Positions 35,279-48,677 of a DNA stretch of 64,000 nt are shown here, one piece after another; positions within the stretch are counted from its first letter, which is position 1; every line of letters begins with the position of its first letter. Position numbers and translations under genes: made by a program. The notes below the pieces were generated by a model. The model did no database searches. It had not been told where the DNA came from and saw only the letters and a program-made list of their open reading frames with translations. Source of the DNA: Podarcis vaucheri (taxonomy: Eukaryota); assembly GCA_965113315.1 (NCBI GenBank), contig OZ220372.1; one strand, given 5' to 3'.

Positions 35279-36321
35279 CCTCGGAAAATAGGAAGGAGCC
35301 TTGTACCAAATCTTATACACTGGAAATGCCCATCTTGGAGACACTTGATATTGAATCTGGGACTTTTTTATGTGCATGTGCCTTACCACGGATCAATTGC
35401 CCTTTTTCAAAGAGTATTTCACATCATTCTGCATTCAGAGCAGGCTGACAGTATCACTTGCACAGCCGGCCTTACAGCAATGCACCATCCTATCTGCTCC
35501 TGTTATCTACACAAGTTCTCACTGCTACTGCCACTTCTTCCTTATCTGGCAGTGGGGGGGGGGTGGACAGGAGGTGCCCATGGTGGACCCGGATTTAGTA
35601 CACGACCCTCCACACCACCCCACCCCTCTCCACCAGAGAAGCAAGGAAAGGTAGCTGCAGTGGCAACATTGGCTTCTGGCTTCCGGCAAAATCTGCCCCC
35701 CACCCACACAAAAAAAGCACTTGGCATGAATCAGAATCTTAGATAGCCTTATTTTATATATTGATTCTAAAAGTGCAGATTTGAAATGAACACTAAAGAC
35801 TTGCACTCACTGCCATCAGAGTCAGTAGGAGCTTTTTCTACTGACGCAAATGTGCAAAACAGCAACAACAATAAAACCCCAAAACTTGCTAAAAATTATC
35901 CACAACAGTTCAGGCTAAAGTGGATTGTGAAGAAGTGCATAATAACGCAAAACATGTAACGAAATGAAAGTAGCGGTGATGTGCAAAGTGGGGGAAATGA
36001 ATCCTAAATACACTTAGATCCTGCTGCGTTCTGCGTTAGTTTTAGCATGAAAAACAGATTTTGGTGTCATTGTGGAAAATGTCTCGGAGAATCATCGCAG
36101 TGGTGTGTTGTTGCAGCCATCAAAAGGTCTGCAGAAATTAGCGAATATGAGGAATGAATACAACAGTCTTGAAAATGGCATGCCCCTGTAGGTGAGAGTG
36201 GGTTGGCAAAGTGGTTTGAAAGCTATTTTATTATTTCTGTCCCAGTGTCTCACACCGGAATTAGAAGCTTTCTCCCTTGCCATGGCAATTCCTCAAAGAA
36301 AAAAACAGATTGTGGAATGGC

Positions 36322-36755
36322 CAGGGCCAGATATAGGTTTGATGAGGCCCTAAACTACTGAAGGTAATGGGGCCCTTTATATGTCCAGCTGTCCTTTGTC
36401 AACAACAAATTGCCACTGTTTTTTGGGTTGAATATATGCTATATGGTAATTTATGGACCTAATAGGTATCTAAAGCCATTTGTACATGCAGAATGTAGGC
36501 ACGCTATATATAGAAATGAGCAAACCAGTGATATTTTAGGGAGCAGACTAGCAGGCGGGGCCCATTGCTTACATCATAGGAGCCTGCACAACACAAAACA
36601 CTATTGCTGTATGTAGGATTTATTTTATGTGTTTTTAATCTTATATTTTGGAAATGTACATTCAGGTGTTTTTTTCCTTTAAATTTTTTTGGGGGCCCCA
36701 AGAAAGTGGGGCCCTAAGCTATAGCTTTTTTAGCTTATACGTAAATCCGGCACTG
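36322..36755. mobile_element. Non-autonomous hAT (Tip100-like) element
   Basis: TIRs CAGGGCCAGAT / ATCCGGCACTG, perfect 8-bp TSD GGAATGGC, subterminal GGGCCC motifs. Confidence 0.88.
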
Positions 36756-38511
36756 GGAATGGCCTTTTATCCCAAGTACTTCTTTCTTTGGATGTGTTGG
36801 ATTCTCCTCAGGGAGACACATCTGGAATTCATGTCAAACTTCGTCTGTTGATGGGAAGTATAAGCAAAGTCATAACAAATTAAATTTTACTCATGCAAAT
36901 AGTCTTGAGTGATGGATCACCCCAGATGCGATGATCAATAAGAACCCTTCCTCTCCAATATTTAGGCCATATCAATTAGCAATACTAGGATTAGTCTATG
37001 AAAATAGGATAGAGCCTGGTTCTCAAGAGATCCCATTCAATTTTATGGAGCAAAACTGGAAAGCTTTCACAAGAGAGTAGTGGACACAGTTCCAAGGCTG
37101 AGACAGGGTCCTCCCAGGCAGTGATGGCTCAATGCATGATACTGCCTGGAGTAAGGCATAAATGCATACCCTCCAAATTTTCTCCAATGAAAATGGGGCA
37201 TCTTATTCATTCATTTATTAATTCATTTTCCACCCATCTGTGTTGCCCTGTAAATAAATAATCCTGTCTGACAAACCCCTAAGCACCCCTAGCTACTTCC
37301 CTAGTGAGGCCCTATCTGGCAGTTAAACTGTCAAATTCTACCTTTACCAACCCTGATTGGTCAAGGGTCTCAAGGGTGACGTCCCAATGGTTGGTCCATG
37401 ACACAGCCATCCAGTGCCCAGAAGCCTCCAGGTTATTGTGCCAGCTGTTGTGTGAGTAGACAACTGCAGGTAGTTTGGACTGCTATAGTCACATGGAGAC
37501 CTCTGAATATATGTTGGCTGGTTTATAAGCTGCTGTTTGAAACAGACCCATCATTCTCACATCATTAGGTTGTGTATGTGTTGTTGTTTTTTAAATGTAC
37601 CATAGCTGTAGGAAACAGCACCATTCAGTGGAAGAGAATGTAAGCATATTCTTAATTTTCTTTATGGATTATGTACTTAAGAAGAAGCACGACCAAATAG
37701 TAATTCAAAGGACATTTAAAATGTTTTCAACAGACATCACAGAGGAACTTTATCTGAAAATCTCATATATTTAATGCCTACAGTTTGCCAATACAGTGTT
37801 TATTTCTATACCTTGGCCACACAGCAGGAGAGCCATAAATAAATATAGCCTCCACTGTTGGTTAAATGGCTTTGGCCAAAAGCTCTGATTAATGTACTTA
37901 CATGAGCCAGTTGACATTAGCCCTCCTAGTCTATCGAAAAGTAGAAGTGACTTCCAAGTGTTATAATTGCTATGCTTTTTTTTTTGTCTGAGTGGCTAAA
38001 GTGGTTCTGTACAAGCCAGAAGCAAATGCTGAATGCAGAGCTTTGCTGTGGTTGAAGCAGATTTGCAGCAGACACAGCTCTGCAAATATGAAGTAAAAAT
38101 GGCCAAAAAAGAAATAGTACCCATAACACCTCAAAGCATAACATAGAGATCCTGCCCTAATTTTGCACTGGATGAAATGTCTCCAGCTTCCCTTGGATTT
38201 ACTTGGATATGACCCGAGTTCTATTTTTTTAAAAAATGGAAAGGAACTGAGATAATTGACGCTGACATCAAGACTTGTACAAAGATCCTCAACCCCCCAG
38301 CACTCACCTGTGTTGCAAAACGATTCAGGTAGGGAATTAAAGAAACACCAAGTTGCCCTTTAACAGGTTTATTTGCTAGATAATAATAAAAAGCACAAAG
38401 CATTAAAAAGCTATTTGAGTTGCTGGGGAATTCCCTCCTGAACACCAGTGCATCCTGTCACTCCTACATTCCATTTTCACTTTTTTTGGTTGTTGATTGT
38501 GAAAGCTAACA

Positions 38512-38872
38512 TGTATACCTGAAGGAGCGTCTCCACCCCCATCGTTCAGTCTGGATACTGAGGTCCAGCTCCGAGGGCCTTCTGGCAGTTCCCTCACTGC
38601 GAGAAGTGAGGTTACAGGGAACCAGGCAGAGGGTCTTCTCAGTAGTGGTGCTCACCCTGTGGAACGATACAGCATTAAATATTAAAAACTTCCCTAAACA
38701 GAGCTGCCTTCAGATGTCTTTTAAAAATAGGATAGCTGCTTATTTCCTTGACATCTGATGGGAGGGCGTTCCACAGGGCGGGCGCCACTACTGGGAAGGC
38801 CCTCTGCCTGGTTCCCTGTATCCTCACTTCTCGCAATGAGGGAACCACCAGAAGGCCCTTGGCGCTGGATCT
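38512..38872. mobile_element. Two L2 fragments fused tail-to-tail (+ strand 38512-38667, - strand 38668-38872)
   Basis: Both match the L2 at 59130-59390, in opposite orientations. Confidence 0.85.
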
Positions 38873-41824
38873 AGAGCAATGGGGGATATTGGAATATCTG
38901 CTACAGTTTCCCAGGCATCAGAAACCATGGGGAATTTCAAAGACCCTAGTAGGGAGGTCAGGAATCATAGGAGCTTCAGTTCCCTCTAGTTGCTGGGATA
39001 CTGTTGTGAGCATCTGTTCCTGTTTCTGCTTCTGCATAAGTTCTAGGAGAAGGTGCAGATGGGAAGCTCCCAGGTCCCGTCATTGTCCTGGTAACATGAT
39101 AAGAAGTATTACAGGGCCACATTTATGAATGGACACAGGGAGGAAATGTATTATTTGTGTAGAGGATTGGGTTTTTCCTAAGTCCATTCTTAATTGAGCC
39201 AGGATTTCTGGAGTGCCTGGAAGCGGGGGCGACAATGACACCCGTCCATCACTGTGAAAAGTGTCTTTAAAGATCCTTTCTGTTCAAGACCCTTTTTTTA
39301 AAGACTTCATTTTCAATTATTCCTATTCAGGGAGGCCGATCATAAAAGTTTCCCTCTCCTCAGCCTGTCCTTTTGTCCTTACCCTTCTGTTCCTCGCCCA
39401 ATTCATCACAGTTCCTTCTGCAGCACTAAAAGCAATGGAGGGTGTGAAGCAGTGGGATGCCATCCACTCTCCTGATCAGGCTGCCTGCTGAGACCAAGTG
39501 ATTTCAAAACACAACTAACATTTGAGAGCAGTGAAAACACAGTGGGAGGATGCCATTCGGCAACAATCACCCTGAAGCTGGTCTGGAACACTCAGTTGGA
39601 TTACCTCTATTGAAGGAGCAGAACCCTCAGAGCTGCTCAGATCTTTTCCCAGGCATTCTCCTATTGTCTTGTGTGCCAGAGGAAGGAATGGCATAGAGGC
39701 AGGTAATTGGTTCAAGCCTGCCATGGCCCTCATTGATTTACCTGTCTGCCAGGTGTGCAGAAACACAAAGCTGTGTGGATTCCATGCGTTCCAAGGAGAT
39801 GCCAAAACTTCACATCTGGCACAGAAGATCTGCTTCCTCCTGAGTTCTGCAAACTTTAATGGTTTTATTGTTGGGAGGAATGGGGATTTTAGCCACTGGC
39901 ATTGTGAAAAACAGCTGGATTTGTGTGTCTGTGTGTGTATGGTTTTGTGTGTTTTTTTGAAAAAGAGATAAGTTGCTCAGCTATCAATCTGACTGAGTGG
40001 CCTTGGGCAAAGACACTGTCTCACAGCTGAACCTACACATAGTGATGTTATGAAACAAAAATACCATTCTGATAGCCAAACTAGACATGATGCTAAACAT
40101 TGTCACTTGGAATCACATTAGAGGTTAGGTTTTTTTATAAAATAAAATAAAAGAAGAAGATATTAGTAGATATGGGAGGCATTTTTACTGGGACCACTAT
40201 GCATGGAGAGGTCCTGATTAAAATCCACACACATACAAGCTGTTATTCATCCTGGGGGGGAAAGCATTGGTTCTTGGAGGAAAGTGTGAGATACAAATGG
40301 AAAACTCTTAACCATCTTATGCATATTTGGAAGTTATGTTCTACAAAGATGCCTAGAAGCTATTCCCAAGTAACTTTGCACAGTCCTTGAGAGCAACCCT
40401 TTTATTGCAGCATCAAGTTTGGCCTGCCAAAATTCGTCAAATTTGTTCAGTAGATTAAGAAACTTATTGATTAGGAAGATTAAGAAAAATGAGGTGCGCT
40501 GGAGGATAAACCAAGTTAACAAGGTGAAAACTAATAAGCACAAATACACAAACAGAGAGAGAGAACAAAATCCATATATTGACAAGCTGGGATGTATATA
40601 GTAGAACCTAACCTAAAGAGCTGAATTTTGCACTGAATTAAATGGACAACATATTGTAAGTAGGGTGTGCTCTGTGTGTATTGGAGTTCTGATGCCTGCA
40701 GCACTGTCTCAGGGCAAGACAAATGTTACAAAAAACCTATAGTGAATCCATATTTGTAATATTATAATAATACATTTTGCATGGAATATTTGTTGAATCT
40801 CAGGCTTTGATGATAACCCTTCAAATGTTATTCTCAAAAATTCTGAGGCCATTCCTGAGGGAAGGAGTACTATGGAAATCATCCAAATGAACATGCCAAA
40901 ATTAAAGAGATTGGTGGAAACAAACAAACCCCCACTAGATCCTCAACAATTGAACGTGTTGATTTGTTTAGGGAGGTTTATAAATGACTTGTGATATCAT
41001 TTCCTGAAAGGAAAGATGAGGCATACTGATCCACCCCCCTCTTACTTTAGGATGGGGGTGGGGTTTGATTTAGTTAGTATTTAAAGGCAAAGCAACCTAA
41101 CTTGCACTTTCCCAAACAATACATAGACTAAAATGCTTCAAAATTTACACCTCTCTGAATTTTTCAATGCAGTTCTCCATTCAAGTAACGTGTACAAAAA
41201 TATATGAAGTGTGCATAAAAATGCTTAGTGAAAATAACATAACAAAAATCAAGGGAAATTGCATTGCAAAAAATGTGTGTGCAAAAATGTGTTTATTAAA
41301 AGCAATCCACACTAAGATTGTTGATTAATTTTCATGCAAACTCTCAAAATAAATAAATGTGGAAATGTGAAGACATGGAGAACTGAACTTAAGATGGAAG
41401 AATGACAACTTTTGTGTGACTAGTAGAATGTCTCGGGAGATGGAAATATTCTCCCAATTGCTTCTGAATGTTGCCATTTTCTATGTCAGCAAGCAGCACC
41501 AGTGGCAAACCAGCAGACTGGTATCCATAGTTAGATGCTGATAGTCACTAGGGCTGTTCAAAGCTCCCCTGAAAATGTTGTTACTCTTATCAAAACTCTT
41601 TTAATTTCTCCCTTATAGATCTCCTACGTTTTGCCCAGGCACAGATTTCCAAATTCACCAGATATCTATATTTATGAGGCTTTGCATCTTTACAGACTGT
41701 TAAATGGTATTTACTAACTCACAGGCTGGAAAACATCCCTTTAACAAAATGCATCTTGTAAATATGATTTACATTATTCACCCAATATCAGCAAGGGATA
41801 CCAGCAGAGACCTGCAGGCAGTTA

Positions 41825-42277
41825 TGTAAGCGCCAAGCAGATATGTACTCTGCATCTCCAACCACGTCTGTTTCACAAGACATATCCAGGATCCATTACA
41901 CTAGGTGGCTGTGTCTTTTCATTGCAATTGGGACGTGCTTTCTTCATCTTGGGCTACTAGTTCTTAAGTGTGCCTAGTTAAACAAGTTAAAATGTAATAA
42001 AACATAGAATAAAACACTGAAGCTAGTGTGTGCTAGTTGTCTGGAACAAGGTCATTGTCTGCATTCCTAACTTAATTTGAGTGACCGATGGGCCCATGGA
42101 GATGGAGGATCCCCCATACTCTCCAGGGAGGTCTCTGCTGGCTGCGCTCTCACCTCACCTTCCTCCTCCACTATCTCGTAACTAGGCAATTCTTCCCCTT
42201 CCACCTCTTCTTCAGAGAGAAGCTGATCAAACTGAGTGCACACTTCCCAGTCTTCCTGTTCCGACCATTCCCTGACA
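41825..42277 (-). mobile_element. Solo LTR F
   Basis: Minus strand begins TGTCAGGGAATGG, like LTRs A, C and E. The far end (TGTAAG at 41825) is tentative and no TSD was found. Confidence 0.6.
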
Positions 42278-43944
42278 CATAGTGAACCAGGGTTTCCACA
42301 TACTCCAAGTATTTGCCAACATAAAATTCTGCCTCTTTGTAACCCATAGCTCAAAATCTATTTAACAGAAGGGCAAGAAACATGTCTGCATTTTAAAGAG
42401 ACATTCACCCTGAAACATGTTTTAAGGGAAGCTTTGCTGCATACCTACCTTTGTGGCAACACTTGTTCCTTTAGATAGAAAGGAAACCATCGCAAGTGTC
42501 TCATTTGCTTAAGGTCAGCTTGAAATATTACACTTGCAGCTGCATTTAAAAAAAGTGATACATTTTATCCATTGCGTGGTATATAGAGAATGGCAGGTTG
42601 TTCAGGAAAGAGCAAAGCCTTTGATTTCTCACCTTGTGAATGTCGGACTTGATGGCTGTGAACATCAGGCTCCAATTCAGAAGGTTTAGTGGCCTTAGGA
42701 GGATGCCAGCTCTCACCTTAATGGCAAAGAAGCTGCAAAAATGGCCCCAGTCATCATCTGAGTGACAGCAGGGCAATTTCAGCAACAGCAGTAGCAGGTG
42801 GTTGGCATGGGGACAATAGGCAGTAAGCGATGAGACATCAGCTGCTACAACTCTTTTATCTTCTCATCCCTGGGCTGAATAACACACATGTACATGTACA
42901 TCATTTCACTGCATTCAGTTATGGAAGGTGCATGTGTGAAATGGTATCGAAGTGCCAAGGTGATATGAAAGTTCTTGTTGGTGTTTGATGTGTGATAGGC
43001 CTTTCCCACATGAAAGCCATCAATTTGGTGCTAGAATAATAAAATAACTGGGCAATCCAATGGGTTCGGTAGAGCTTACTTCCTACTCCGAGCATTTAGG
43101 CTTTCAGCCTAAAGCTACAGCCCCAGACTTATTTATCTGGAATTAAGACCAACTGAACACAATGTGACTTGCTTCTGACTAAGTATATTAGGGAATTCCG
43201 AAAGAAATCAGAGTGGAAATTGCTCATGTTTATTTATCCATTCCATCTACGGAACAGAAATCAATCCAGCACATATGATCAGTATCTCCTGCTATTGTTT
43301 TCAGTCTGCAATTAATTAATTCAGCATGTAATTAATGAGGTGTGTCCCCACCTTACATTTGCATTGTTTTTTCTTTGTGCTGAAGTGAACGGCCTTTGCA
43401 TCCAAACAAATGGTGCAGAATAATGTAATTAATTGCATAATTAGTTGAATAACTAATTATGTAAAATTCCACCTTAGCAGACTGCAAGATGAATAACTAG
43501 GGTTTTTGTCAGAGGCCAAACTGCAGAAGAATGGAAACAGCACTGCCTGTGATGGACACGGGTCAGAATGCTAATTGATGCCTTCTTTCATACCTGCTTC
43601 TGAGTATATGTGTACAGAATTGCACTGTTAATCTTGTTGCAAAGCAATTCAGGCTGCAGAAGTAAATCCCTTTGAGATTTCGGAATGTACTTCTGAAAAA
43701 GCATCCATAGAAATGCACTGGAAATTGCCTGAAGAACTCACTTGTGTGGGGTAGGAGGGTATTCAGGCAAACCCTCTTAAGCATTAAAATCATTGTGAAG
43801 GTGCTGCAGATTAGCCCCAATCCCCACTGCAAGCACACCCTCCAGCCCCACCCTCTGCAGATCACATGTTCAGCCACTGTGGGAAGTGGCTCTACACACA
43901 TACCAGTGTATGTACGCAGAACTCCCCTAACCTCCGTGTGGTAA

Positions 43945-44135
43945 AAAGGTCAAGGTAAAGGACCCCTGGATGGTTAAATCCAGGCAAAGGTGACTTTGGG
44001 ATTGCAGCGCTCATCTCGTTTTCAGGCCGAGGGAGCTGGTGTTTGTCAACAGACAGCTTTCTGAGTCATGTGGCCAGCATGACTAAACTGCTTCTGGTGT
44101 AATGGAACACCATGATAGAAACCAGAGCGCATGGA
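43945..44135 (-). mobile_element. Sauria/Squam1 SINE, 3' half
   Basis: AAGGTAAAGG tail and CATGTGGCCAGCATGACT body. Confidence 0.85.
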
Positions 44136-44335
44136 AGGTATGAAGTTATCCAACCCCTGAGCCATCTAGAGGCAATCCTGTATAGGGAAGTTCAATGTTT
44201 TATTATGTTTTTATATATGTTGGAAGCTGCCCAGAGTCCTGGGCAACCCAGTAAGATGTGCAGGGTATAAATAGTAAAATTACCATTATGGAATGGGATG
44301 TTCCTATTTTCATCGGAGTAATGTTGGAATGTATG
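44133..44335. mobile_element. Composite DNA transposon fragment with internal L2 3' end
   Basis: Collinear with 12553-12771. Confidence 0.65.
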
Positions 44336-45086
44336 CCTGCATTTGGGAACCTGGTGGAGGAAAGGAATTAGGCTCAAGGAATCAGCGACATGTATCATTT
44401 CTGCTTCTTTACTTTTGGGGATGGAAAAAAAATCGGAGCAGCACAAATGCTCACTTCCTTGAAACGAGTTACAAAAATTCCTGGCAACTGTATTTACAGC
44501 TTCATCTGTCACAATAGTTAGACCACAGTTGCCTAGGCATTAAAGTGATGCAATGAGCTATCAAATCACTTTAAGAAGGATTCACAACATCACTGCCAGT
44601 CAGATCATACTTTACTTGCCCAGACAAAGTTCACCGTTGTTTTTAATATGACACGCTACAGCCCAAATCTATGCATGTCTGTGATACAGTGTTCAGTAGG
44701 CCTTAATCTCTATTCAATTAACTGTATTTGTCTACAATCACACTATGCATTTAAAGCACGATGATACCACTTTAAACTGTCATCGCTTCCCCCAAATAAT
44801 TATGGGATCTGCAGTTTGTTAAGGGTGCTGGGAGTTGTTAGGAAGTCCCTTTCTCTTCACAGAGCTGCATTTTTCAGAAAATCAATCCTGCTTCTTGGAA
44901 GCGAAGCTGTGTGAAGGGTACACAGCTCTCCTAACAACTCCCAGCACTCTTAACAAACTATAGTTCCTAGGATTTTAATAATCAATGGTTTATATAGTAG
45001 ATAGGTAGCCGTGTTGGTCTGCCATAGTCAAAATAAAAAAAAATTCCTTCCAGTAGCACCTTAAATACCAACTAAGTTACTTCTTG

Positions 45087-45124
45087 GTATGAGCTTTCGT
45101 GTGCATGCACACTTCTTCAGATAC
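45087..45124 (-). ncRNA. Minimal hammerhead ribozyme motif (intact core)
   Basis: Identical to the motif at 11451-11488. Confidence 0.75.
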
Positions 45125-45288
45125 ACTGAAACAGAAGTTGCCAGATCCTTCTATATAGTGAGAAGGTGGGGATCTCCCATTCCCACCTATCTCCCATTCT
45201 GCCTATCTCCCATCCCCACCACCCTTCTGAGTAACACCCCTCCCCACCTTCTCACTATATAGAAGGATCTGGCAACTTCTGTTTCAGT

Positions 45289-45326
45289 GTATCTGAAGAA
45301 GTGTGCATGCACACAAAAGCTCATAC
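45289..45326 (+). ncRNA. Minimal hammerhead motif with mutated core (GAAA to AAAA)
   Basis: GTATCTGAAGAAGTGTGCATGCACACAAAAGCTCATAC. The G12 equivalent is lost at a CpG. Confidence 0.6.
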
Positions 45327-47021
45327 CAAGAACTAACTTAGTTGGTCTTTAAGGTGCTACTGGAAGGAATTTTTTTTTATTTTGACAATGGTTTATATAT
45401 TTATTGTATCTATAGTTGTGAATGCATCTGATAGTGATTTATCTTTATATTCTCAAGTTTCTTTTCTCTCCCTACCCCATATTATGTCTTAAAGCCAACC
45501 TGCAGCTGATGGAAGTTGTAGTACAAAACATTTGAAGGGCACCAGGTTGGTGGATGCTGGCCTACACAGTAGGTAAATGATGCAGGATTCATACAGTCAT
45601 GTAAACAGGGGCCTTTTCTTCTGTTAGAGGGGAAACAACTGCCATTCCTCAGTTCAGTTTCCTTGTGTGGAGCACAGATACACAGCTACCAGTGCAGAAA
45701 TGCCTAGGGAAATACCGCTGACAGATACTCAGGGAAGTTGGGCTTAGACAAAGAGCCCGCAATAATTCCTTCAGTTCCCTTTGGGAAAACACTTCCACCC
45801 TTTTTGACAGAAAGCGAGCGGAAGAAAAATAGGTGACATTTCCTCTCAGAGTCGTCTGGAAAGAGTCCTAAAGTATAGCCAATTGCACTTCTTCATACAC
45901 CATGGTGTGCTGTCAGACAGCAGCATGAGGAGAAAATGATGAGTTCTGCTGTTTGATCAATCAGTGAGAAATTAAGTTGGCCTACCTTTACCTAAGTGAC
46001 ATGGCTGCTCCTGGCTGCTAGTGACAGTTATTAGATACTTTATTGATGTGAAGTTCGGTAGCCCTATTGGACCGCAACTCTACCAAAGGAAAAGAAAGCA
46101 AACTTACTTAATAGAAAATCTCCTCAGTGTCAGCTGGATAGCTGGGTGTGATACTCATTTTATTTGTTTTTCTTACATTTGTATATCCCACCTTCTTTTT
46201 GTCATGGAACCCAACTGCAGTGGCAACCAATTCTATGGCCAACTCAAAGTGCTGATTTTGACCTATAAAGCCTTATGGAGCTCAGGACCACAATGACTAT
46301 ATGTGTGGTTTCTCAGTTTCCAGTCTTACTTCCAAGGAAGTATGCACAGAATTGCAACCCTCCACTTTTCATCATCATGAACCTATTTTGTCATTAAGAA
46401 CATCTTCTGCGGCCTCTCTCCATGTTCTCTCATCCAGCAATTGCCTCAAGCAACAGGGGCAGCAAATTTAGGTGCCTCCCCAGATCTCCTACTTGCTTGC
46501 CCCACTGGCCCATTCACCCATCCAGCTGCCAACCAGGCTCTCATCTCATATATAGTATTCAAGAGCCACCCTCTGCCCTCCTCCTCTCCACTGTGCCATT
46601 TCTTCCCCATCTGCACATCTCTTGTGGGTGAGATGCAGAGTTCAGTGGTTATCTTCCTATTGAGGCAGCCAAGGGTGTCTGTGAGGGGTCCTTCCTATCA
46701 TCATACAAATCATCTCACCAGTGGTCTGCCTCTGAGCTTATCCAGACACCCATGGAGCCATTTGATATCAGGACACACAGGCGGCCAGGGAGGGTGCAGA
46801 GTGGCGGAGAAGTGTTTACTGGAAAAGTAAAAAAATGCACATCACCCTTGACCACTTGAGAAGGCAAGCTCAAAACCCTGCTGCATGCACAGAAATTCTA
46901 AAGAAATTCTTAAAATGCCCTGAGACTCAGGCAGAAAAATGAAAGCCCCTTCCTCAGGGAGGAAGACCTTTAAGAAATCAGAGGACCGGTTGTTTTTCTG
47001 AGAATTTAGAGCACATATTTG

Positions 47022-47047
<26 letters not shown>
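47022..47047. repeat. (GT)n microsatellite
   Basis: Directly visible. Confidence 0.95.
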
Positions 47048-47052
<5 letters not shown>

Positions 47053-47927
47053 TGGAACCATCAAGATTCTAATGTGTGTGTGTGTGCATTTTTAAAAAAA
47101 GCTTCTAGTCCTTGTGAATCCTGGAATAAATGTGCACACATGATAGCAAACTGTGGTGATGATGAGCCGCGATGATGACCAAAGACTGAAGTGAAACAGA
47201 TTAAAAAGCTCAACTCAGCCAGCCTCCAGAATGGATCGTACGATAATCCCAAGAACAACAGACAGAAATGAACTGTCACTTTCTCTGTGCCACCGCATGG
47301 AAGTGAACAGTAAAAGTTAGGCAAGGTTAATTGCTCTGTAGGGATATAATGTTGTTTTCCTTTATCCTTCTTCCTTTCTTTGAGCAAAAGAGATCTGATT
47401 GAGAGCACTCACAAAAGGCTTTTGTTTTCTTAAGGTTCATTTTCCCTGTGTTATAATAACTTCCCCCCCAAAAAAAAAATAAAAGAAATAGTGGCTGTGT
47501 TGGTGTGTCATGGAGAGAAAAGGATGGAGCATTCTGGGCTCTGGTCCAGAAATGTCTGTGTGTGGCAGTAGCTGCTTAAGCACAATAAATGGCTGGGGAC
47601 AAGTTTTGACATCAGCAACAATAACCTATCTTGAAGAGATAAAGGGCCACACAAGGTGATGTCGTCTGAAACAGATACAAAGGAGACCATAAGGTACACG
47701 CACACACACAAAATGCTTTAAGTGAAAGTCTCAGAATATTTCAAGCCTACCAACTCTTCTTAAGGAGAATAATTGCTGTCAGGTGTAGTTATGTAGTGCT
47801 TATTAGAGTTTCATTGATCTCATGGTGACATTGGTGCAGCAATTGACTGTACAACTTGCAGTTCCCATGAACTTCGATGATTCTGTTGGATCAATACATT
47901 TTTGGCGCATCTTACCTAGGAAACTAT

Positions 47928-48290
47928 GGGACGCGGGTGGCGCTGTGGGTTAAAGCCTCAGCGCCTAGGGCTTGCCGATCGAAAGGTCGGCAGTTCGAAT
48001 CCCCGCGGCGGGGTGCGCTCCCGCTGCTCGGTCCCAGCGCCTGCCAACCTAGCAGTTCGAAAGCACCCCCGGGTGCAAGTAGATAAATAGGTACCGCTTA
48101 CCAGCGGGAAGGTAAACGGCGTTCCGTGTGCTGCGCTGGCTCGCCAGATGCAGCTTTGTCACGCTGGCCACGTGACCCGGAAGTGTCTCCGGACAGCGCT
48201 GGCCCCCGGCCTCTTGAGTGAGATGGGCGCACAAACCCCAGAGTCTGTCAAGACTGGCCCGTTCGGGCAGGGGTACCTTTACCTTTACCT
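47928..48290 (+). mobile_element. Sauria/Squam1 SINE, full length, CpG-rich
   Basis: GGGACGCGGGTGGCGCTGTGG head, GTTCGAATCC B box, (TTTACC)n tail, TSD TTACCTAGGAAACT. Confidence 0.93.
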
Positions 48291-48307
48291 TTACCTAGGA
48301 AACTGCT

Positions 48308-48672
48308 GGGACGCGGGTGGCGCTGTGGGTAAAACCTCAGTGCCTAGGACTTGCCGATCGTATGGTCGGCAGTTCGAATCCCCGCGGCGGGGTGAGCTCC
48401 CATCTTTCGGTCCCAGCTCCTGCCCACCTAGCAGTTCAAAAGCACCCCTAAGTGCAAATAGATAAATAGGTACCGCTTTCTAGCGGGAAGGTAAACGGCG
48501 TTTCCGTGTGCTGCGCTGGTGCTGGCTCGCCAGAGCAGCTTCGTCACGCTGCCCACGTGACCCGGAGGTGTCTCCGGACAGCGCTGGCCCCTGGCCTCTT
48601 AAGTGAGATGGGCGCACAACCCTAGAGTCGGACACAACTGGCCCGTATGGGCAGGGGTACCTTTACCTTACC
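48308..48672 (+). mobile_element. Sauria/Squam1 SINE, full length
   Basis: As above, with TSD TTACCTAGGAAACTGC. Confidence 0.93.
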
Positions 48673-48677
48673 TTACC

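Larger units (their letters stand above)
44997..45385. mobile_element. Penelope-like element with inverted pLTR arms
   Basis: 146-bp inverted arms at 45027-45172 and 45241-45386 with about 3 mismatches. TSD CAATGGTTTATATA at 44983-44996 and 45386-45399. Confidence 0.88.

Noticed and set aside
47150-47200. ATGATGA...CTGA, C/D-box snoRNA-like motif
   Set aside because: The boxes are only a few bases apart, and no terminal stem or distal D box was found.
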